Assembly (NCBI RefSeq): GCF_009914755.1 | Contig: NC_060927.1 | Direction: 5' to 3' (one strand) | Origin: the human T2T-CHM13v2.0 reference genome, Homo sapiens | Length of the DNA: 64,000 nt | Part shown: positions 26,395 through 39,916 of the stretch, piece by piece | Numbering within the stretch: position 1 is the stretch's first letter | Layout: each line of letters opens with the position of its first letter | The notes under the pieces: model-generated | What the model saw: the letters and a program-made list of their open reading frames with translations, nothing else | Told to the model about the DNA's origin: nothing | The model's database searches: none | Translations under genes and position numbers: made by a program

Positions 26395-26849
26395 GGCTAT
26401 CATTTGGATATGTGACCCTCCAACCTCATCTTGAAATTTGATCTCAGTGTTGGAGTTAGGGCCTAACAGGAGGTATTTGGATCATGGGGACAGATTTTAT
26501 AAACTGCTGGGTGACATCCTCCCTCCTGTTAATGTGTGAGTTCTTACTTTATTAGTTTCCATGACATCCGGTTGTTAAAAGGAGCATGCCCCTCTGTTCT
26601 CTCTCTCTCTTGCTTCCTCTATTCCTGTGTGATGTCTGCGCATATCAATTCCCCTTCCCCGTCTTCCATGATGCACATATCAGCTTCCCTTCCCCTTCTT
26701 CCACGAGTGGAAACAGTCTGAGACCCTCACCGGATGTCTAATCCTGAGCTTTTCCAGACATCAGAAACATAAGCCAAATAAACCTTCTTTCTTTATAAAT
26801 TGCTCAATCTCAGGTATTCCTTCACAGCAACATAAAATGGACTAAGACA
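26395..26849 (+). mobile_element. MST (MSTB/MSTD-like) solo LTR
   Basis: Ends aatggactaagaca; perfect 5-bp TSD gtggc (26390-26394 / 26850-26854). Confidence 0.88.
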
Positions 26850-27017
26850 GTGGCTACACTATACTAAGCTCCCAGTCTACCAATGCTGTCCTGTCGTCTG
26901 TGTCAGAGTAGTCTGATTGTGGGTGGGGGAATGTTAAGAAGAAGAAACACTATTCCCCCAAAAATATGTTGCATTTTTGTTTTCATGCCTTCAAAAGAAG
27001 ATAAATTTATCTATGTC

Positions 27018-29273
27018 TGATATGGTTTGGCTGTGTCCCCACACAAATCTCATCTTGAATTGCCACGTGTGGTGAGAGGGACCAGATGGGAGGTAATTGA
27101 ATCATGGAAGCAGGTCTTTCCTGTGATATTCTCATTATAGTAAATACGTCTCATGAGACCTGATGGTTATTATAAGGGGGAGTTTTCCTGCACAACCTGT
27201 CTTCTTTTATCTGCTGCCATGTGAGATGTGCCTTTCACTTTCCACCATGATTGTGAAGCTTCCCCAGCCACGTGGAATTGTAACTCAAATAAACCTCTTT
27301 CTTTTGTAAATTGCCCAGTCTTCAGTATGTCTTTATCAGTGGCATGAAAACAGAATAATACAGTGAATTGGTACCCATAGAGTGGGGCATTGCTGAAAGG
27401 ATACCCATAAATATGGAAGCAACTTTGGAACTGGGTAACAGGCAGAGGTTGGAACAGTTTGGAGGGCTCAGAAGAAGACAGGAAAATGTGGGAAAGTTTG
27501 AAACTTCCTGGAGACTTATTGAATGGCTTTGACCAAAAGCCTGATAGTGATATGGACAATAAGGTCTAGGCTGAAGTGGTCTCAGAAGGAGATAAGGAAC
27601 TTGCTGGGAACTGGAGCAAAGGCGACTCTTGTAATGTTTTAGCAAAGAGACTGGCAGCATTTTGCCCCTGCCCTAGATATTTGTGAAACTTTTAACTTGA
27701 GAGAGATGATTTAGGGTATCTGGCAGAAAAAATTTCTAAGCAGCAAAGCATTCAAGAGGTGACTTGGGTGCTGCTAAAGGCATTCAGTTTTATAAGGAAA
27801 GCAGAGCATGAAAATTTGCAGCCTAACAATGTGATAGAAAAGAAAAACCCATTTTCTGAGGAGAAATTCAAGCTGGCTGCAGAAATTTGCATAAGTAACC
27901 AGGAGCCAAATATTAATCCCCAATACAATGGGGAAAATGGCTCCAGGGCATGTCAGAAGTCTTCATGGTAGCCCCTCCCATCACAGGCCCAGAGGCCTAG
28001 GAGAAAATGGTTTCATGTGTCGGGCCCAGGGTCCCCGTGCTGTGTGCAGTTTAGGGACTTGGTGCCCTGCATCCCAGCCACTCCAGACATGACTAAAAGG
28101 AGCCAAGGTACAGCTCAGGCTGTTGCTTCAGAGGGTGGAAGTCCCAAGCCTTGGCAGCTTCCATGTGGTGTTGAGCCTGTGGGTGCACAGAAGTCAAGAA
28201 CTGAGGTTTGGGAACCTCCATCTAGATTTCAGAAGATGTATGGAAATGGCTGGATGCACAGGAAAAAGTTTGCTGCAGGGGTGGGGTCCTCATGGAGAAC
28301 CTCTGCTAGGGCAGTGCAGAAGTGAAATGTGGTGTCAGAGCCCCCACAAAAAGTCCCTACTGGGGGACCACCTAGTGGAGCTGTGAGAAGACAGCCATTG
28401 TCCTCCAGACACTGGAATACTAGATCCACCAATAGCTTGCACCATGCCCCTGGAAAAGCCACAGACACTCACTGCCAACCCATGAAAGCAGCCAGGAGGA
28501 GGGCTATGCCCTGCAGAGCCACAGGGGCAGAGCTGCTAGAGACCATGGGAATCCATCTCTTGCATTAATGTGACTTGAACACGCAATATGGAGTCAAAGG
28601 AGATCATTTTGAAGCTTTAAGATTTGACTGCCCTGCTGGATTTTGAACTTGCATGGGGCCTATAGCCCCTTTGGTTTGACCAATCTCTCCCATTTCGAAT
28701 TGTTGTATTTATCCAATGCCTCTACTCCCACTGTATCTAGGAAGTAGCTAACTTGCTTTTGACTTTACAGGCTTATAGGCAGACGGGACTTGCCTTGTCT
28801 CGGATGTGACTTTGGACTGTGTACTTTTCAGTTAATGCTGAAATGAGTTAAGACTTCGGGGGACTGTTGGGAAGGCATGATTGGATTTGAAAGGTGAGAA
28901 CATGACATTTGGGAGGGGCCAGGGCAGAATGATATGGTTTGGCTGTGTCCCTGCCCAAAACTCATCTTGAATTCCCATGTGTGGTGGGAGGGGCCAGGTG
29001 GGAAGTAGTTGAATCATGGGGACAGGTCTTTCCCATTCTGTTCTCATGATGGTGAGTAAATCTCATGAGATCTGATAGTTATTATAAGGAGAGTTTTCCT
29101 GCACAAGCTCTCTTCTCTTATCTGCTGCCATGTGAGATATGCCTTTCACCTTCCACCATGATTGTGAGGCCTCCTCAGCCATGTGGAACTGTAAGTCCAA
29201 TAAACGTCTTTCTTTTGTAAATTGCCCAGTCTCAGGTATGTCTTTATCAGCAGCATAAAAAGGAACTAATACA
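27018..29273 (+). mobile_element. Full THE1 MaLR element: LTR 27018-27362, internal 27363-28929, LTR 28930-29273
   Basis: Both LTRs tgatatggtttggctgtgtccc...taataca; typical THE1-int between; TSD diverged (atgtc/aagcc). Confidence 0.95.
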
Positions 29274-29579
29274 AAGCCTTACGCAGTTTAGCATGAAACT
29301 CTCTTATTATGGGTTCAAAAGTACTTGATCACAACTGAAGATAGGGTAAAGGAAATTTTATGTTTCCCCCTTTTATTGCTTTTATATTCACCTTTCTTCT
29401 TCTCATACCCTCCTTTACACAAACACTTTCTTTGTCAGCAACATCTACAAAAGTTCGTATGCACATTATATTCAAGGAAATTCTCAGGAGCTCACAACTC
29501 AATCATAGTCTTCAATTTGTTCTCAGCTAAGACATTTTAATATACAAAAAAGGAGACAAAATATAGAATCAATGTGTGG

Positions 29580-29908
29580 TTTTGTGGGCTGAATTATGTC
29601 CCCACCCCCAAATTCATATGTTGAAGTTCTAACTCTTAGTTAAATAAGGTAATTAGGGTGGCCTCTAATCCGATATAACTGATGTCCTTAAAAGAAGAGG
29701 AAATTAGGACACAGACATGTACATGTACAGAGGAAAGACCACGTAAAGACACTAGGAAAAGACAGCCATCTGCAAGCCAAGCAGAGAGGCCTCAGAAGAA
29801 ACAAACTCTGCCAACCCCTTGATCTCAGACTTTTAGCCTCCAGAACAGTAAGAAAATAAATTCTGTTAGTTACAATACTTTGTTTAGCAGCCCTAGCAAA
29901 TGAATACT
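29580..29908 (+). mobile_element. MLT1B-like solo LTR
   Basis: gggctgaattatgtcccc..caaattcatatgttgaagt; TSD tgtgg (29575-29579 / 29909-29913). Confidence 0.85.
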
Positions 29909-30257
29909 TGTGGCATAAAATTTAAAGCAGAAGAAGGAAGGAGGGAGGGAGGGAAATAAGGAAAAAAGGAAAGTAGGGCAGTATAAAGTTTTATCTCTTA
30001 AGAACTTTTTTCAATAATCTCAGTTTTAAGGATTTTAATTAGACAAAAACTCACAGAGCTGGAAAAGACATGAAGCATTTCCCTTTTTTTCAACTCATTT
30101 TTCAATTAAAGAATTGAAGGCTCAGAGACATGAAGCTCCAAGTTCAATCAGTGAAAAGAAAGCCGGGTACCCAATTCTAGAAATATAGCATTGTTAAAAA
30201 CTCAGGAGGAAAGTCCATGTCACTTCCAGGGGCATGGTGATTAGAAGGGCAGAATTT

Positions 30258-30434
30258 GGCTGATGTGGTGGTGGCTCATGCCTGTAATCCCAACACTTTG
30301 GAAGGCCAAGGCAGGGATTGAAGCTAGGAATTTGAAACTAGCATGGACAACAACAAAGTGAGACCCAATTCAAAATAAACAAATAAATAAAATAAAGAAA
30401 GAAAAAGAAAAGAAAGAAAAGTTTAAAAAAAAAT
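30258..30434 (+). mobile_element. FLAM / Alu left monomer with A-rich tail
   Basis: gtggctcatgcctgtaatcccaacactttggaaggccaagg, single arm; flanking agaattt repeat. Confidence 0.85.
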
Positions 30435-31498
30435 GAAGAATTTTAAAAAAAATCTTGGTATCAGGATATCAGAAAAATGGCCTCACAGAGAGGATGGCTA
30501 ATAGTCCCACTTCTTTGAATGATACAATTTTGTCAACCAACTAAACTCCTCTGACTCTTCCTCCTACTTGTTCTTTCCTTCCACTGATGTTCCCTACATT
30601 CTAAATTTAGAAAGAGATACATTTTTAAAATCACTTATTTATGAAAAAGGGAGAGTTACATGAGATAGCTTTGGGTAGCTGAACCCAAGGAAACCTAGTT
30701 ACCCATTTTTGTGAGTGTCCACCCCAAAGGACATAAATTAAACTAAGAGCAAACTGTAGGAGTTGTCTCAGAAGCTTTAGGAAATGCGGAAGTGACAGCA
30801 GGTAAAGATTCTCCTCTAAATCTCTGTTCCAAAGGTCATAATGGGAAAGAAAATCAACATTTTTTAACAACAAACCTTTTTATATGCTGTCTTCCAAAGC
30901 TTAATATATATGTCTGGTGAAACAAGGTCATTTGTGTCTGCTCTGCCCGTTGTCTCAATTATAGCTGTTTTAGGATTTGCTTCACAAAAGAGGTAAACAG
31001 GTTTTGGATCAGAAAACAAAAAGCTCCTTTGTTTTCCAGGGAATGGGATGCTGAGGTAATCCACTACATTTGTGGAACCTTCCCCAAGGGAGAAAATGGC
31101 AGGTTTTCCACCAAGAAATAATTGCTTTTAGAATGATAAGAAAGGAAGTTAGTTACTCTTGCATAAGTGCATCTGTCCTGACTGGCTGTAATTTTTGTTT
31201 TTAGTTTGCTCTTTTAGGTCAGATGATATAAATCATCATATTCAGACAGTTTAATGTTGTTCAGCTACAGTTTGATTTTCTGGCATACTAAATCTAAGTG
31301 TTAAAATAAATTGGAGCCAAGTTTTACATTGAAACAAAGTCATAAAACTCTACATATTTGAAAATGAGGTGATTGCTTAACAGCTTGAAAAGACTTAGTA
31401 TTGACCTTGTCTATTGTTTCTTATAGAATAGTATTTACATTAATGTCAAATTCCAAAAAGCAAAACTAAATGAGTCTAATATGAACTACATATTAATT

Positions 31499-31501
<3 letters not shown>

Positions 31502-31537
<36 letters not shown>

Positions 31538-31545
31538 ACACACAT
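31502..31545 (+). repeat. (CA)n microsatellite, one interruption
   Basis: Direct reading. Confidence 0.95.
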
Positions 31546-31899
31546 ACATAAATTATTGTGCCTATGTCAGGAAAAGATAAATATACAGCCAGTTCTCATT
31601 ATTTGCTTTTGTGATCTTTTCTCTTTTGGTTTGTATTGTGTTTATTTAATCAAAGTCTACTTCTGATCCCATTTCTCCCTGCATTGTTTCTCTGAATCAG
31701 GCACTTTGTTTTCCTTTCAAATCCAGTCTTAACTTTTTCTTCTTCCTTTTTCCTCTCTGTTTTCAGACTTCATCTTATTTTTGTTCCCAGCCAATCTTTC
31801 AAAAATGTATTGAGCATCAAGTCTGCACACTAACATATACATGATTATATACAGATGTGTATATGTGCATACACAAAGACACAGAGAATCTTCAACTTG

Positions 31900-32345
31900 T
31901 GAGAACTCAGCTTCTAAATTTCAAAACTTCTACCAAGCCCTTTGCATAATATACAAGACTCTTCATGATCTGGCATCTGCCTACTTATCCACTCTCTTCT
32001 CCACCCCTTTCCCCCTTCATACTTCACACTATAGAAATACTGAGCTGCTTGTAACACCTCTCCTCTGCTTGCCTTTGAACATGATCCTCACCTTAGCTAG
32101 AACAAACCTAAATCCTCTTCTCATGGGTCATAGCCTTATCATCCTTCAAGTCTGAGTTGAATAGCCACCTCCTCTGAGAAGCCTTCCATAAGCACTCCCT
32201 AGGGGCTCATAAACTCTTTCACCCAGGCTATAACCTCTATGAAGGCAGTAACAATGTACAGACAGACCAGGATTGTTATATCTTTGTCCCTTCAATTCCT
32301 AGAATAATTCCTAACATGTAATAGATAGTTAATGAATAACAGATT
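31900..32345 (+). mobile_element. L2 3' fragment
   Basis: caagactcttcatgatctggcatctgcctactt...cacctcctctgagaagccttcc. Confidence 0.65.
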
Positions 32346-32825
32346 AGTGAACCATCAAGGGAATATACCTCTTGTGCAAAAGTAGTTGTCCTGTTTATTG
32401 GACATTTAATTCTTAATTGGACATTTAGAATGCCAAGAAAGTATATTTTCTCAGGAGATCCTTTTTGTAACCAGGAATTACTACCCCAGCATAGTAGTAA
32501 TGGAGCTCCTTCTCGCCAATGCCTCTTTCAGGAAAACTGTTGCTCTTCAGAGTAAAATAAAGATGTATTAGGAGCTGGGATAAATTTATTGACAGAAATC
32601 ATGGTATACAGGATGGATAGGCATGGTTAAAATATAAATGCTCTACTTAAGCCATGCTGTAGGTTAAACTGAAGCTTTATGAGCACATGTGGAGATATGG
32701 ACATTCAATAAGCCTGTATCTCTATGGTAAATGGATTATAAGACTTCAGAAACTGAGAGCAAATTGAATTTTCATAATTCAACCAAGCTGGGTGCCTTGG
32801 AAATTTTAATTAATGGATGTCTATA

Positions 32826-33404
32826 TTAGCAGCTTAAAACAACACAAATGTAACAACACAAGTAACTAGTTTCTTTGCTCCATGTTTCACAAGGTTTAAA
32901 TCAAGATGTTGGCTAGGTGAGCTATTATCAGGAGAAGAGAGAAATAAGTAGTCCCATTCAAAGCTCATTTAGGTTGCTGGTAGAAGTCAGCTCCTTTCAG
33001 ATTGGGACTGAGGTCCTTGTTCCCTTGCCGACTGTCAGCCAGAGATTACTGTTAGCTTTTAGAAGTCTCTCTCTGAGACTTGCATGTGGTCTCTGAATCT
33101 CAGACCAGCAAAGCATGTTAAATCCTTCTCACACTTGGGAGCTCTTATGATTTGTACTTCTGCCATTTCTTTTCTTCCTCTTGTGCTGCACTTTTCTTTT
33201 CCTTCTAGCCAGACAAGCTTCTCCGTTTTAAGGACTCATCTGATTAGATTGAGGCTGGCTAGATAATATAGGAAAATCTCTCTATTTTGTAGTCTGTAAC
33301 ATTAATAACATCTGCAAAGTCCCATTTGCCATGTGATGTAACATATTCACAGGTTCTGGAAATTAAGATGTGAACATATTTGGGCAATTATTCTCCCTAT
33401 CCCA
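32826..33404 (-). mobile_element. MLT1E-like LTR
   Basis: agcttaaaacaacacaaat ... catctgcaaagtcccatttgccatgtgatgtaacatattcacaggttctgg. Confidence 0.75.
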
Positions 33405-36400
33405 GTGCCAATTCAAAATTATAGTTTTAAGATGTTTCTTGTTCATTCATTTACAGGAGCAAAGAAAAACTAATGTTACATTAATAAAAAAGTATACATT
33501 TTGGATTTATCTATTAATTTATGTCTCTGGCCAAAACAGAGGGCGATGTTAAAGAAAGTATTTCTTACATTTTTGTTCTATTTGGGTTTTTTTTTTGCAG
33601 TTATAATTAGTCCATTCCTGGACCCAGATCTGAACATAGTGCATTGGTAATTAAGATTGCTTCTCTGTGTGTGTTTGCCTACACTCAACTATATATACAG
33701 AGGTATGAGAGTTATTTAGAAAACAGTCTTTCACAGTTTACCATCTGTAGCTTGTTACAGCATCAAAACAATAGTGCAACATAGAATACCTAAACCTTAT
33801 GTATCTTGTCTAAAGCATCACTGATCCCCCAGACAGGCAGCGTCACTTCTTTCAGGGATTCTCTTTACACAAGCATTTGCTGGGGAAATTTATTGCCAGC
33901 CTGCTGAATTTATGAAAAGGGATGTTTTTCCCAGATGCTTATCAACATTCCAGTACCTAGCAGTGTTCCTTGAGCCTAGCACTGTGCTTAGTCCATAGTC
34001 AGTGCGTAATTGGTGCTCATGTATTTACGAAATAAAATAGAGAAGAAAGGAATAACATGAATGAGGTCACAGAAAGCAGACAAACAGTAAATGTAAATTA
34101 CATATTTTTGACTGTCACTACAAAGATGTAAAATAATGCAAAATATCAACTCGTAAAATATAACATCATAAAATGAAAATTAAGTAATCTGTATTTATGC
34201 ATTAACATTGATTTCTCTTTCAAAGAGAAGTACATGTCTTAGGGGGAGGTCTTTAAGATAAGTTTTAAATGTCTTTATGAAAATTCTATTTTGCTTTCCA
34301 AATCTTTAGTTTATACATTAGAAAACATCACATCTATTTTATACATTATTTATTTATTCAACAAATATTTATACCAGGCCCTTGCATTCTAGAGGAAGGA
34401 AACAGACAATAAGCATAACAAATATATAGTATATAAATTATGTATTATGTTATAAGGCACTAAGTAAATTATGTAGTATTTTAGAAAGCAATAAGTGCTA
34501 TGCAAGGAAAAAGAAAAAGCAAACCATGTTAAGGGGTATCAAGAGTGCAAGGGTGAAAAGGTAGGCTTAGAATCATTAGGGTGAGCCTCATTGTGAAGAT
34601 GACATTCAAAGTGGTAAATGTTAGCTATGCAGTTATTGGAGAGAAAGTATTTTAGACTATGGTAGAGTTCCAAAGGTAGGAACATGCTGATAGGCTAGAA
34701 GAAAATTATGAGGGCCAATATAACTATGGCAGTATGACCAGTGACAAACACACTAGATGATAAGGTTGAAGAAATAATGGAGAGTCTGCTCATATAGTGC
34801 TTTGTAGTACTTTTAATAACTTTGGCTTTGTCTGAGTGAAATGGGGATCCATGAGAGGATTTTGAGCAAAAAGTTACTTTTTTTACTTGCCTTACTCTTT
34901 CAAATTATATAAATCATGAATGTAGAGGGACAAAGATGGAAGCAAGAAATGCAGTTGGGAAGGCATTGTAATTATCCAAGTTAGAGATGATGATAGCTGA
35001 GACCATTGAGATAGAAAAGGAAGTGGTAAGAAGTGGTCATGTTACACATGTTTTGAGGCTTGTCCCAACAGAATTTCCTGAGAAATGTCTATAGAGTATG
35101 AAAGAAGGAGAGGGTTCAAGGATGGTGCTAAGGTTCTAAAGCTGCTATCAGCCAAAATAAGGAAGGCTGTCAACAGAACAGATATGAAGGGAAGAAACAA
35201 AAGTTCATTTTTAGACATGTTGGGTGTCAGATGTTGATAATGTTTGGATGTGTCCCCACCCAAATCTCATCTTGAATTGTAGCTCCCATAATTTCCACGT
35301 GTTGTGGGAGGGACCCAGTGAAAGATAATTTAATCATGGGGGTGGTTTCCCCCATACTGTTCTCATGATAGTGAGTCTCATGTGATCTGATGGTTTTACA
35401 AGGGGAAACCCCTTTTGCTTGGTTCTCATTCTCTCTTGTCTGCTGCCATGTAAGACATGTTTTCACCTTCTGCCATGATTGTGAGGCCTCCCAAGCCACA
35501 ATGGAACTGTAAGTCCATTAAAACTCTTTTTCTATATAAATTACTGAGTCTCAGGTATGTCTTTATCAGCAGTGTGAAAGCACTATTCAGCAGTGTTAAA
35601 ACACACTAACACAGTAAATTGGTACTGGTAGAGTGGGGCACTGCTGTAAAGATACCTGAAAATGTGGAAGCAACTTTGGAACTGGGTAACAAGCAGAGGT
35701 TGGAACAGTTTGGAGGGCTCAGAAGAAGATAGGAAAATATGGAAAAGTTTGAAACTTCCTAGAAACTTGGAGGGCTCAGAACATAGGAAGACATGGGAAA
35801 GTTTGGAACTTCCTAGAGACCTGCTGAATGGCTTTGACCAAAATACTCACGGTAATATGGACAATAAGGTCCAGGCTGAGGAGGTCTCAGATCAAGATGA
35901 GGAAACTGTTGGAAACTGGAGTAAAGGCAACTCTTGCTATGTCTTAGCAAAGAGACGGGCAGCATTTTGCCCCTGCCCTAGAGATTTGTGGAACTTTGAA
36001 CTTGAGGGAGATGATTTAGGGTATCTGGCAGAAGAAATTTCTAAGCAGCAAAGCATTCAAGAGGTGACTTGGGTGCTGTTAAAAGCATTCAATTTTAAAA
36101 GGGAAATAGAGCATAAAAGTTTGAAAAATTTATAGCTTGACTATGTGATAGAAAAGAAAAACCCATTTTCTGAGGAGAAATTCAAGCCAGCTGCAGAAAT
36201 TTCATAAGTAACCAGAAGCCAAATATTAAACCCCAAGACAATGGAGAAAATGGCTCCTGGAGACATGTCAGAGCTCATGTCAGAGACCTTTGCAGCAGTT
36301 TCTCCCACCACAGGCCCAGAGCCTAGGAGGAAAAAATGGTTTCCTGGGGCAGGCCCAGGACACCCCTGCTGTGTGCAGCCTACGGCCTTGGTGCCCTGCC

Positions 36401-36436
36401 TCCCAGCTGCTCCAGGGGCCAAGCTAAAGGCTAAAA

Positions 36437-36477
36437 GGGTATCAGGAGTGCAAAGGTGGAAAGGTGGGCTTAGAATC
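36437..36477 (+). repeat. 41-bp copy of 34534-34574 inserted in THE1 internal region
   Basis: 37/41 identity (4 A/G transitions); absent from the homologous site of the other THE1 (~28075-28110). Confidence 0.9.
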
Positions 36478-37494
36478 CAGAGCCAGGTACCATGGCTAAA
36501 AGGGGCCATGGTATAGCTCAGGCCATGGCTTCAGAGGGTGCAAGCACAAAGCCTTAGCAGCTTCCACTTAGTTTGAGCCTGTGGGTACAGAGATGACAAG
36601 AATTGAGGTTTGGGAACCTCCACCTAGATTTCAGAGTCTGTATGGAAACACCTGGATGTACAGGCAGAAGTTTGCTACAGGTGTGTAGCCCTCATGGAGA
36701 ACCTCTGCTAGGGCAGTGTGGAAGGGGAATGTGGGGTTGAAGCCCCCTCAAAGAATCCCCACTGGGGGTACTGCCTAGTGGAGATGTGAGAAGAGTGCCA
36801 TTTTCCTCCAAACCCTGGAATGGTAGATGCACTGGCAGCTTGCACCATGTGGCTTTCCACAGACACTCAACACCAGCCTATGAATGCAGCCAGGAGGGAG
36901 GCTATACCCTGCAAAGCCACAGAGGAAGAGCTATCCAAAATCATAGGAACCCAACTCTTGCATCAGTGTGACCTGAATGTGAGACATAAAGTCAAAGGAG
37001 ATCATTTGGAGCTGTAAGATTTGAATGCCCTTGTGGACTTTGAACTTGCATGGGTGCTGTAGCCCTTTTGTTTTAACCAATTTCTCCCATTCGGAATAGC
37101 TGCATTTCTCCAATGCCTGTACCCCTATTGTATCTAGGAAGTAAATAACTTGCTTTTGATTTTACAAGCTCACAGTCCGAAGGGACTTGCCTTGTCTCAG
37201 ATGAGACTTTGGAGTGTGGACTTTTGAGTTAATGCTGAAATGAGTTAAGACTTCGGTGGGCTATTGGGAAGGCATGATTGATATGGAAATGTGAGGTCAT
37301 GAGATATGGGAGGGGCTGGGGCAAAATGATATGGTTTGGCTGTTTCCCCACCCAAGTCTCATCTTGAATTGTAGCTCCCATAATTCCCACATGTTGTGAG
37401 AGGAACCCAGTGGGAGATAATTGAATCATGGGAATGGTTTCCCCCATACTGTTCTCATGGTAGAGAATAAGTCTCACAAGCTCTGATGGTTATA

Positions 37495-37792
37495 GGCTGG
37501 GTGCGATGGCTCATGCCTGTAATCCCAGGACTTTGGGAGGCCGAGGCCAGTGGATCACAAGGTCAGGAGATAGAGACTATCCTGGCTAACACGGTAAAAC
37601 CCCGTCTCTACTAAAAATACAAAAAAATTTGCCAGGCGTGGTGGTGGGTGCCTGTAGTCCCAGCTGCTCAGGAGGCTGAGGCAGGAGAATGGCGTGAACC
37701 TGGGAGGCGGAGCTTGCCTTGAGCCAAGATTGCGCCACTGCACTCTAGCCTGGGCAACAGAGCAAGACTCCATCTCAAAAAAAAAAAAAAAA
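37495..37792 (+). mobile_element. AluY
   Basis: Diagnostic ctggctaacacgg and gaatggcgtgaacc..ggagcttgc; 17-bp TSD aagctctgatggttata / aagatctgatggtttta. Confidence 0.95.
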
Positions 37793-38343
37793 AAGATCTG
37801 ATGGTTTTAGATCGGGTTTCTTCTTTTGCTTGATCATCATTCTCTCTTACCTGCCACCATGTAAGATGTGTCACCTTCTACCATGATTGTGAGTTCTCTC
37901 AAGCCATGTGGAACTGCAAGTTCAATAAACCTTTTTTTCTTTATAAACTACCCAGTCTTGGGTATGTCTTTTTCAGCAGCATGAAAACAGACTAATACAG
38001 ATGTCCATTAGACATACAACTTGAGATGCCAGGTAGGCAAATGTGTATATAAATCTGGTATTTTACAGTGAAATTTGGCCTGGAGATAAAAATGTAGGGG
38101 TTTTCAGCACACAGATGGTAATTTTTTAACAGGATTGAATAATACTACATAAAAAGTCAATTTAAATGGAGAAAAGAGGAGGACCAAAGAGATACACTGA
38201 AGTGTTACAGCATTAAGAGATAGGAAGAAGAGGAAAAACTGTGATGGAATCTTTGAAGAAGCAATCAGTGACATAGAAAAAAATCCAAGACTATGTTGGG
38301 AACTGGAAGTTAAGTGAAGAAAGTATGTTAAGAAGGAGTGATC

Positions 38344-38646
<303 letters not shown>

Positions 38647-39916
38647 TTACATAAGATAAGAACTGGAAGTTGACCTCCGCATTTAACAGTCAGAGATCAT
38701 TGGTGATGTTGGCAAGAGCAGTTTTAGAGGATTAGGGCAGTATAAGCTTGACTGGAATGAGTTTAAGAGAGAACAAAGAGGTGGAAATTTAAAGACATTG
38801 GAGACACTGAAAATCAAGGAATCTTTCAAAATGTTTGCTGCAAAGGGGAGATAAAAAGTGGGAGAATATCTAATGAGGGGAATAGAAGAAAACAACTTAG
38901 CAAATAAGTGGCAGGGCTTCAGTATTCCCTAAAAGAAAATGGTAGAAAATGCTTGTCACTATATTATATTGACTTTATTTGGATACATTATTTAAAAAAA
39001 AAAAAAGCTTCAAAGGTCACTTACTACAATCAGGCTTTAAATCAGTCCATACCTGCAGTCAGAATCATACAATTTCACAGCAGTAAGCAATCTTCAAAAT
39101 TCTATATTCCAAACTCCTTATTTCATAAACAATAACTCTGACAACAGAAAGGCTTGTTTCTTGCTCTAGTGTACAGTTTGTTACAACCCAAAAACCACAA
39201 TCTAAATATCTTGGTTTCTAGTAGAGTATTTATGGTTCATGGTAGTCTATTTAAATAAAAATGCAATAATTTTTGTGAATGCATTCTTTACAAGGGTTGT
39301 ATAATGTACATATATTCTCATATTCTAAATCCCTCCCCTTTTAAAGCCATAAATTTTACCTGATACAGCTATAAAGAACTGTGGTCTCTTAATTTATTGC
39401 TTCCCCTTCTCCATCCTCTTCAGCCATTCTAATATTCAACTCTGTGCTACTCTAAATTATTTCTGAAACAAGGTACTATATAAACCCTAAAATTAAATAA
39501 AGCCATTTGGCACTATTAAACTCTCCCTCTCTTTCCTCCTTTTTTCCCTTTTTTATGTTCCACCAATGTTTTTCAAGGTTTTATTAGTGTTCTGGTTTTT
39601 ATATTTTTGTTAAGGGGGAGACAATTATAGGTTCACTAGTGTCATTTCACTAGAGTACAGCAAAAGTTAAGCACAGCGAGAGAAGATAGTAAGAACTAGG
39701 CACAAGAAGAAATGAGCACCGGGTGCTGTTGGAGCTTGATTAATCCCCTGTTTTCCTAGTTTATTTCTTACATCTGAAATACAGATGTTCTATCCTTATC
39801 TCATTCTCTGAGACTACAAATTCCTTCTCTTCTTTCTCTTTGATTAGCATCATGTACTTCTCCATATCATCTACCAACCTGTGAGTGTGTATTCTAATAT
39901 AAATTTTTAATGATGA

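Larger units (their letters stand above)
35235..37999 (+). mobile_element. Full THE1 MaLR element: LTR 35235-35613, internal 35614-37326, LTR 37327-37999 (split by AluY)
   Basis: THE1 LTR termini; perfect TSD gatgt (35230-35234 / 38000-38004); degenerate gag-like ORF 35662-36135. Confidence 0.95.

Noticed and set aside
30781-30808. ETS-like GGAAATGCGGAAGTG plus a donor-like CAG|gtaaag as a promoter
   Set aside because: Isolated short motif, no CpG island or other support
35488-35500. PRDM9 hotspot motif in THE1 LTRs
   Set aside because: Reads CCTCCCAAGCCAC; lacks the T required by CCNCCNTNNCCNC; the other three LTRs also mismatch
35705-35820. ~57-bp tandem duplication at the start of THE1 internal
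   Set aside because: As I recall, this is part of some THE1/MST internal consensus variants, so not locus-specific
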